From contig JABVCE010000038.1 of the NCBI GenBank assembly GCA_014905635.1, positions 62,001 to 126,000 of the forward strand: a stretch of DNA of 64,000 bases, in the 5' to 3' direction. The notes beneath the pieces are model-generated. The model was given only the letters and a program-made list of their open reading frames with translations, ran no database searches and was not told where the DNA came from. The translations under genes were made by a program, and so were the position numbers. This document shows positions 55,987 to 64,000 of this stretch, in pieces. Position 1 is the first letter of the stretch; every line of letters starts with the position of its first letter. Source of the stretch: Scenedesmus sp. PABB004. Taxonomy: Eukaryota.

Positions 55987-57716
55987 ACCGCGTGAACGCC
56001 TGCGTGAACGCTCGCCTGCCTGCAGGCACCAGCTGGTGCCGATTGAGGCAGGCTTGCACGTGCAGGCTCTCGCACGTGCTGGCCCTTCGCTTTCGCAAGC
56101 TCCATGTGGCAGCCGCTGCCACCTGGCGAGCTGCTTTGCTGGGCGCTGTCATGCGCGCGGCCCGGGGGTAGGGCAGCACATGCATCTGCAGCGCGCCCTG
56201 GGCAGTGCAGGCTGCGGACGGCTTCGGCGGGTGGCATCGGCGGCTGCGAGGGCAGGTTCGCACCGGCAGTCGTATTGGGCACCGGCGAGGCGAGGTTCCT
56301 TGGCTGCGCATGCGCCCAGGGAGCCGCTTGATCCCTCCCTGCCACGGGCAGCTACTGTGAGGCCTTATCGTGGGCGGCCGAGACTGAGACTGAGGCTTGA
56401 ATGCCGCCGCGCTTTGGCGCCGCCGCGTGCGGCGCGTGGACGACGAGGCGCGAGAGCGAGCCAAGCACGATGGAGCGCGTTGGGGCGCGCGGGCCCTGGT
56501 GCCCGCGCATGCTGCTGCTGCAACACGCAACTGCTCCCCCAGTGTGGCGTCAGCGCCGGCGCGTGCGGCTGTGATTGCTCGGCGCCCTCCGGTTGTGCAC
56601 GCGTGCGCGCGGCGCGGCTGCGCGGCTCCCTCTCTCTGTGTGGCAGCCCCACGGCAGCAGTCGCGCGACGGGCTGATGGCTGCCAAGGCTGGCTGATGGG
56701 CAGGTGTGGAGAAGGCCGCGCTCTGTTGCTGGCATGGCGCAGGTGGCGAGGTGATGGTTTGCATGCCGCGGCGTCGCGTGCGCTGCTGGTCGGGCGCAGG
56801 AGGAGAGGCCGTGTGACGCTCCGTCGCGCCGCCGCCGCCGCCGCAGCAGCCCCGGCCACGCGGGCTGAGCCTGCGGCGGCGGGCTGGCGGGCGGCGCGCT
56901 GCCGGCCGCACACTTCCTTCATTCATCATCATCCACAAGAATCGGGCGCTGCCCCCGGTGGCGCGTTCCAACGTTCGGGCGCGCGGCGCGCGGCGCCCCG
57001 CCCCGCTTGCCCCGGCTGCACTGCACTGGCGGGCGTGCCCCGATTGACGGCGCTGCTGGGGCTCGCACTTGGCGCGCGCGCGACACGACACCACACTCAC
57101 TGCACGTGCATGACCGTGCAAACGCGCGGTGTTCTTGCAAGCACCACTGCTTGCGCAGAGGACTGAGGTCTGAGGTCTGAGGTCTTGCCGGCTACGTCGG
57201 TCCAGGGTGGCCGGTCGGTCCGGGCTTGGTCAACGCACGCCACGCAGATAAGGGTAAGGGTGTAAGCACCTGCGGCCGCGCGCGTGCGCGCGAATTTGTG
57301 TGTGTTTGTGTGTGTGTGTGAGAGTGGGCGTGTGTGGGTTTGGTGGGGCGGGGGTGCAAGCTCAGATGGACGGACGGTCGGTGTGCAGCGGCGGACGCTT
57401 CTCCTACCTGGCGGTGTATCGCGAGGGGTGGGGGTGGGGGGGGGGGGGTGGTTGGTTCTCGGCTGGTTTGCAGACGGCGGCGGCGACGCTCTCCTGATCT
57501 CTCCTTTCAACCCCACCGACCCCGCGCAGCCCCGCGCGCGAGCAACCGCCGTGACCGAACCGCAGCGACGGGGTTCGTTCCGCGTGTGCGCGCTGCTCGG
57601 CGGAGAGTCGCTCCCTCTACCGCCAGGCATCGGTCAGGCCCAGCCCCGGGGGTCGCCGCCGCACGCAGCACGCCGCTGCGCCCTGAGCCGCCGCCGCCGC
57701 TGCTCCGCCGGCTGCC

Positions 57717-60079
57717 ATGCTGCGCCGGCGAGTCCCGGCGGCCGCACACCGTGACTCCGGGCCATCTCTCATGACCGGGGTGCCGCAGCAGCAGCCCGCG
57801 GCACGCCAGCGAGGCGCGAGGGGCCCGTTGCGTTCATTGATCGGTGTCGGGCTGGGTGTCGCGCTGCTGATCTTCGCCGCCACGCAGCTCCCGCTGCTGA
57901 GGGACTCGCTGCCCGGCGTGGAGACGAGCGGGCCCGGCGCGCGCGGCGACGGCGGCGCGGCGCGGCGCGGGAGCAGCAGCGGCGCACGCGGCGGCGCGGC
58001 GATGGCGCCGCCGGCCGTGGTGGTGGTCGGCAGCGGCCTGGCGGGCCTGGCGGCCGCCCACGACGCGGCGGCGGCGCTCGCGGCGGCGCTGCCGGACGCG
58101 CGCGTGGTGGTGCTCGAGAAGAGCGCGTCGCTGGGCGGCAACAGCATGAAGGCGAGCAGCGGCATCAACGCGCTCAACCCGCCCGCCGGCGACAGCGGCC
58201 CCGCGTTTGAGGCCGACACGCTCGAGTCGGGCGGTGGGCTGAGCAAGGAGGCGCTCGTGTCGCAGCTCGTGGTGCGCCGCGCGCCGCGACGCGGCGCGGC
58301 GCGGCGCCAGTGCTGTGGCGGCCCGGCCTGGCGGCGCCCGCGCGGGGCCGGCCCGCCAGCAGCGCCCGCTCGCGCGCACCCGTAGGCGGACAGCCAGGGC
58401 GGCCTGGCCTTCCTGGAGGGGCTGGGGCTCAACCTCAGCAGCGTCGTGCGGCTCGGCGGGCACAGCATCCCGCGCACGCGCAGCAACCCCGCGGGGCCCA
58501 ACGTCGGCGCCTACCTGGTCAAAGCGGTCGCCGCGGCGGTCACGGGCGCGCCCAACGTGGAGGTCCGCACCGGCACCAAGGTGCGGCGCCGCGGCGCCGT
58601 GGCCGGGCACGCGGCGCGCGGCGCGCAGCACGCAGCACGCAGCACGCGGCCGAGGCGCGCGCTCGCGCGCGCGGCGCTCTCGCCCACGCCCACGCCGCGC
58701 AGGTCGTGTCGATCACGGCCGACGACGACGGCACGTTCAGCGTGGCGCTCGCGGCGCCCGGCGCCGGCGGCGACGCGCCCGCCGCGCTGACCGCGCACGC
58801 GGTCGTGCTGGCGACGGGCGGCTTTGGCGCCAGCAAAGAGATGCTGCGGGTGCGGCCCGCGGGCTCGGGGCTTTGGCAGCTAGCTAGCAGCGCTCGCAGC
58901 AGGGGACTGCCGCGAGCCGACGCCGCCGCCCGCCGTCGCGCGCGCACGCCGACGCGCGCCCGCGCCGCCCGCAGCGCCACAGCCCGGGCATCGCAGACCT
59001 GCCGACCACCAACGGCGCGTGGGCGCAGGGCGAGGGCATCGCGCTGGGCGAGGCGCTCGGCGGCGCGGTGCTGCACATGGACCAGGTGCAGGTGCACCCG
59101 ACCGGCTTTGTGGACCCGGCCGACCCGGGCGCGGGCACCAAGGTGCGCCGCGCCGCCCGCGCCCCGCCAGCGGCGCCCGCGCGCCCGTGCCCGCGCGCGG
59201 GCCGAGCCCGCGGCGCCGCTTTCGCCGCCGCAGTTCCTCGCGCCGGAGAAGCTGCGCGGCTGCGGCGCGCTGCTGGTCAACGGCGAGGGGCGGCGGTTCG
59301 TGGACGAGCTCTCCACGCGCGACCGCGTGACGGCGGCGATCATGGCCCAGGCCGGGGGCGCCGCGTGGCTGCTGCTCGGGCGCGACGGCGCGGAGATGTT
59401 TGGCGAGCCGACGCTCCGCTTCTATGGCAGCAAGCGCCTCCTCGTCCAGGCGCGCGCGCGCGGGCGCGGCGCGGACGCGCGGGGGACTGGCGCGGCGCGC
59501 CCGCGCCGACGCGCCGTGCGCGCTGCGCGCCACGCGCCGCAGGCCGACTCGCTCGACGCCGCCGCGGCGGCCATGGGCGTGCCGCCCGGCGCGCTGCGCG
59601 AGGAGCTGCAAACCTATAACGCTGCTGCCGCGGCCGGCGGCGGCGACCCGCACGGCAAGCGCTTCTTCCCCACCGCGCTGGACCCCGCCGGCGGCTTCTG
59701 GCTCGGCCGCATCACGCCCGTCGTGCACTACACCATGGGCGGCCTGGAGATCAACGAGCGCGCGCAGGTGGGGCGCCGCCGGGCCGCCGGCGGGGCGCCG
59801 GGGCCGGGGCCGCGCCGGAGGCGCGCCGAGCGGCGCCGCCGGCACCACCGCGCGCAGGTGCTGGGCCGCAGCGGCGCGCCCGTGCGCGGGCTGTTCGCCG
59901 CTGGCGAGGTCAGCGGCGGCCTGCACGGCGCCAACCGCCTGGGCGGCAACAGCCTCGCCGAGTGCGTGGTGTTTGGCCGCATCGCGGGGCAGCAGGCCGC
60001 CGCGTTCGTCGCGCCACGCGCGACCGTCGTGCTCGGCGCGGGCGCCGGGGCCGGGACGCCCGTGGCGGCGGCGCTGTGA
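57717..60079 (+). CDS. FAD-dependent fumarate reductase (Osm1/Frd1, flavocytochrome-c flavin-domain type) with an N-terminal hydrophobic anchor
   Basis: VVVGSGLAG, GGNSMKASSGIN, LGGHSIPRT, LATGGF, VQVHPTG, APEKLRG, ELSTRD, VHYTMGG and GLFAAGEVSGGLHGANRLGGNSLAECVVFGR. Start is at 57717 or 57771. Confidence 0.92.
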
Positions 60080-60762
60080 GTTGAACCGACTGATTGGCTG
60101 GCGTGGCCGCGGCCCCCCTGCTGCGGCAGCAGCGCGCCGCCGCGAGCAGCGGGCAGCGCCGCCGCCCGGTGCCGCCGGCGCCGCGCGCCGCCGGCGCCGC
60201 CCAGGCCGCGCCCTCCCAGCTAGCTCGGCGATTCGGGCTGGCCGCCGCGGCGCCAAGGCGCCCCGAGAGGCGGGGCCGACGGGTGGCACCCGTCTGTCCA
60301 GAGCGCCTTCGCCGCGGGCTGCGTCGACGGGCGGCCGCGAGTGCGGTGCGTTCGGGTCGCTCCCAGGACGGCGCTGATCGCGCGTCCGCGCCTTTTCGGC
60401 GGCGTCAGACGGGAACTCGAGCAGCCGCGGTCGCAGCGGCCCGCCCGCGCCCATACCAGCCGCGCGGCGGCCCGGCGGCGCCACTCTGCGCACTCCCGGG
60501 ACCAGGGCCACGCCATACACACGCTAGCGGCTCTAGCACCTGCACGCAAGCGCTGCTGCTGCTGGTGAGCTACCCGCTGCGCCGACGGCTGGCCGCCCAG
60601 GCAGCGGCCTGGCGCGCCTGGTTGCCCAGGAGGCGCTATGGACGTGCCAGCCGGCCGTCCCGCCCAGCGGACGGGCGGCAGTGCCGCCCGCCCGCCAGTC
60701 GTCGCCGCGCCCGGCCTCAGGCGCCCGCCCGCCCGCGTTTCGCAGAGACCACAGCTTTCAGC

Positions 60763-62309
60763 ATGGCGTCCAGCACGGCCCGGTGCCTGGCCGCCGCCCT
60801 GGCGCTCAGCGCCCTCGCGGTCGCGTCTGCCAACGTGTTTGAGCAGGTGCGCCCCGCCCAGCGCCCGGCGCGCCCCGCCCCGGCCCCGGCACGCTGCACC
60901 GCAGCCGGGGGCGCGACGCCGGGGCCGGCGGCGCGCCGGCGCCGCGTCTCACCCAAGCCCGCCGCTGCTGCGCCGCGCGCCCGTGGCGCCGCCGCCGCTC
61001 GCAGGGCAGCAAGACCGCGGTGCTCTCGGGCGACGCCACGTACTACGGCTACCGCACGCGCGGGTTCGGGCACTGCAGCTTCCACTTCCACGGCTTTGGC
61101 GATTCCAAGGGCTACGTCGGCACGCCGCTCGCGATCAACGCGGCGCAATACACCGGCACGAGCGTGTGCGGGCTGTGCGTCAAGTACCGCGGCGTGGGCC
61201 ATGGCGCGGGCGGCAACCCCGTGTCGACCGACTGGCAGCCGGGGTTCATCTGCGACCAGTGCCCCGAGTGCAAGTTTGGCGACCTCGACCAGCAGATGGG
61301 CGGCGACGGGCGCTGGCGCATCGAGTGGTACCCCGTGCAGTGCCCCGTGGGCGGCTCGGCCTTCCGCTTCGGCTTCCAGGTGCGCCGCCGCCGCCGGGGG
61401 GAGGCCTTGCGGCGGCTCGCTCCGCTGGCGGTTGCGCCGCCGGGCGCCGCGCGCCGGCCGCGCGAGGAGAGCACGAGCGCTCACGCGCGGCTCCCGCCTG
61501 CCGCGCTCTCGCCGGGGCGGCGCGCAGGGCGGCAACCCTTGGTACCGTAAGATGATGGTCGCCAACGCGCGCGTGCCGCTCGCCAACGTGCGCATCTGGG
61601 AGGCGGGCGCGTGGAAGCAGCTGATCAAGACGATCGACAACTACTGGTGCGCGCCCGCGGCGCCGATACGGCTGGGCCGGGCTGGGGCTCTGGGCCTGCG
61701 CCGCGGGCTGCCCGGGGCGGCCGGCCGCTGGCGGGCTGGGAGCTGCGGGCGGCGGCTCCGGCGGCGTGCGGCGCGGGCTCTGAGCCTCCCGCGCCGCGCC
61801 GCCGCCTGCCGCGCAGGGAGTACCACGGCGACGTGAACGCGGCGTGGACGCCGTGCGCCAAGATCGAGGTGACCAGCATCCTGGGCGACACCGTCACCGA
61901 CAGCGTGTGCTGCGGCAGCGGCACCTGCACCGGCGCGGCGCAGCTCCCCTGCCGCAGCAACCTGCCGTCGGACGACGCGAGCTGCGCCGGCGGCGCCGCG
62001 CCGACCAAGCCCAACGTCGGCGGCATCGGGCAGGCCGGCCAGGGCAGCGGCGGCGGCCAGCCGGGCAGCCAGGCCAAGGCCAGCTTCACGCGCGCCGCGG
62101 CGGCGCGCTATGGCCGCTCCGACCTCAGCGCGGCGCGTGTCGCGTCGGGCGCGCTGCTGGCCAAGGGCCAGCAGTGCGGCGGGCAGGGCTTTGACTGCGG
62201 CAAGTTCGGCCCCGGCGAGTGCAAGGACGCGGCGTTTGCGACCGCGCGCTGCGCCGACGGCCTGTCGTGCCGCCGCAACGACGCGCAGTGGTGGGGCTGC
62301 GCGGCGTGA
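60763..62309 (+). CDS. Secreted expansin-like protein (DPBB plus CBM63-like domain) with a C-terminal CBM1-like Cys module
   Basis: Signal peptide, then GDATYYG..G.CS, CGLCV, DQCPECKFGDLD, IEWYPVQCP, GNPWY..MVANARVPL and DNYW. Tail QQCGGQG...C..GLSCRRNDAQWWGC. Confidence 0.85.
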
Positions 62310-63886
62310 GCGGCGGGCGGGCGGGCGGCGCCGGCGCGCGCGGTGCCTGCCCCCGGCGGGCCCGGCGCGCTGCCCAATGGTCGGCTGCATCGGCACACAT
62401 ACACGCACTGCAGCGCACCCCTGCACACAGGGACGAAGAGTTTGAGTTGCACGCGCGACCCATGAGCCATGCATGGGGTGGGAGTGGGAGGGCGGGCGGG
62501 CGAGGTGCCGCGGGCGCGCCGTGCGCCGCCGCCGCGGCGGCGCGTTGCGCACCGCGCGTGCTCCTGCGCGCTCGCTCGCTGCAGGCGGGCAGGCTGCTGC
62601 CTCACGGGGCTTTGTGTATTCCTAGACGGCGGGGAGGCGCGCGCGAGCGGGGCTCGGCGCGTGTTTTTTGGGGCGCTCACGAGCGCTCACGGCATAAACG
62701 GCCGAGGAGGTGGGCATCTGCCAGCGGCGCTGCTTGCACGCACACACAGCAGCAACGGCGGCCGCATAGCCGAATCAAAGGAGACGGAATCAAGGAGGGA
62801 GGTTGTGCTGCACAGGGCTGGCTCGCTGACTGGTGCTGACGCGGGGCTTGGCGGCCGTGCCGCCAGCCCCTGGGCTGACGCCGCCCGGCGCGCAGCGGTG
62901 CGCGCGGGCGGCGTGACCGTATCATGCCTCCGCCGCTGGCACAGCGGTGCGAGCCGTGGGGTGGTGCGCCAGCGCGGCGCGGACGAGACCGGGGCCTGTC
63001 GTGCGATCGGCGACTGGGCGCGGACAGGCCAGTTGGGGCCTGCGCCCCGTGCGCGAGCACATGCCGCCGCGCCCGCGCAATCGGCGGGCGCGGCCGGCTG
63101 ACGGGCACACACGACGCGGGCGCCGCGGCTCGCACCAGGGCCGCGCTGACCCAGACCCACACACGCGTGCGAAGCCGGCGCCCCGCGCAGGGGCGGCGCG
63201 CTCGCACACCACACCACCACCTGAATTTTGTTTGACCCACGTGAGATGCTGCTGATGCTGCTGCTGCTGAGGGCGCGCCGGGGCTCAGGCCCCGGCCACG
63301 CGACCCCCTAGGCTTTTGATCAGAGCTGCTGCGCAGCTTGCCGCGTGCGTGCGCATACGTGCTGCTGCGTGCACAGAGTGACCGAGCGATTGCGCGCCCA
63401 GGCCGCTTCCTGCCCTGTGTCCGTGGCGGCGGCATGCCCGGGCTGGTAAGCGTCTCTGTTCCGCCTCGGCGGCTCGCTCGCGCAGCCTGGCCGCCGCTGG
63501 CAGCCTGGTCGCCTGTCGCCTGGCAGCACGCGGCAAACTCTCGCCACACGTCCGGAGGGCTGAAAGCGGCGTGCCGGGAGCTGCTTGGTCGGGAGCGGGC
63601 GGGCACCAGTGCCCCGACAGAAAGTGACACTGCGCCTGTCGCCTCCGCGCCGCTGCCATCGCGACACTCTTAATCACAGCGTTGGCGTGGCGCCAGCTCA
63701 CGCACGCGCGCCCACACCGAGCGGCAAGTGGCCGCCGGCAACCACCGCGCGAGCCGCCCGGTGCCGAGCGCGCGCGGCCGCCGCGGGCCAGATCGGCCTG
63801 TGACCCGCCCCTGCGATCACGGCGGGGCCGGCACACGCGCACACACTCCCGCGCTGCAGCAGCAGCAGGAGCGCCCAGCCGCGGCC

Positions 63887-63940
63887 ATGGCGCGGCGCAG
63901 CGCGGCGGCCTGCCTGGCGCTGGCGGCTCTGCTGGTGCAG
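63887..63940 (+). CDS. First exon (signal peptide) of a secreted protein that continues beyond the window
   Basis: gccATGg context, MARRSAAACLALAALLVQ, then CAG|GTGCG donor. Confidence 0.6.
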
Positions 63941-64000
63941 GTGCGACCGTTGGGCATTGCGCCGGGACCGCGCGGGGGCGGCCGGCGGCTGTGAGGCTGC

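Noticed and set aside
55790..57716. Possible hidden gene or ncRNA in a 1.9 kb gap
   Set aside because: No credible exon chain or RNA motif. A TGTAA at 57261 suggests a long 3' UTR of the RRM gene.
1..64000. Hundreds of long overlapping Arg/Ala/Pro-rich ORFs in the six-frame track
   Set aside because: Expected from stop-codon scarcity at very high GC. They read through introns and have no domain motifs.

Overview
This is very GC-rich, intron-dense eukaryotic nuclear DNA, most consistent with a chlorophyte green alga. The inference rests on TGTAA poly(A) signals, TTTAGGG-like motifs, plastid import and chaperonin genes, and a Chlamydomonas-like ODA1. Most long ORFs in the supplied track are GC artefacts, so genes were rebuilt by splicing exons by eye and family assignments come from recalled motifs, not database searches. 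About 22 protein-coding genes are supported, in order: TKL kinase (5' partial), SBP transcription factor, SPCS1, Toc159-family GTPase, plastid rhodanese, ODA1/DC2, secreted DUF5054-like glycosidase, GH36 raffinose synthase/SIP, MAD1, fatty acyl reductase, zf-DNL protein, AFG1-like ATPase, an unknown small membrane protein, TOM5, sugar O-acetyltransferase, CPN60A, HAD phosphatase, RRM protein, soluble-type fumarate reductase, expansin-like protein with a CBM1-like tail, and the first exon of a secreted protein. The standout feature is gene nesting. Typical introns are ~100-350 bp, but two introns of ~3.2-3.6 kb contain complete genes. MAD1 lies antisense inside a GH36 intron. One AFG1 intron holds three spliced genes, two of them on the host strand, plus a divergent promoter and poly(A) signals. 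GC-AG introns are unusually frequent, and telomere-like repeats occur inside introns. No rRNA, tRNA, CRISPR or transposase was recognised.
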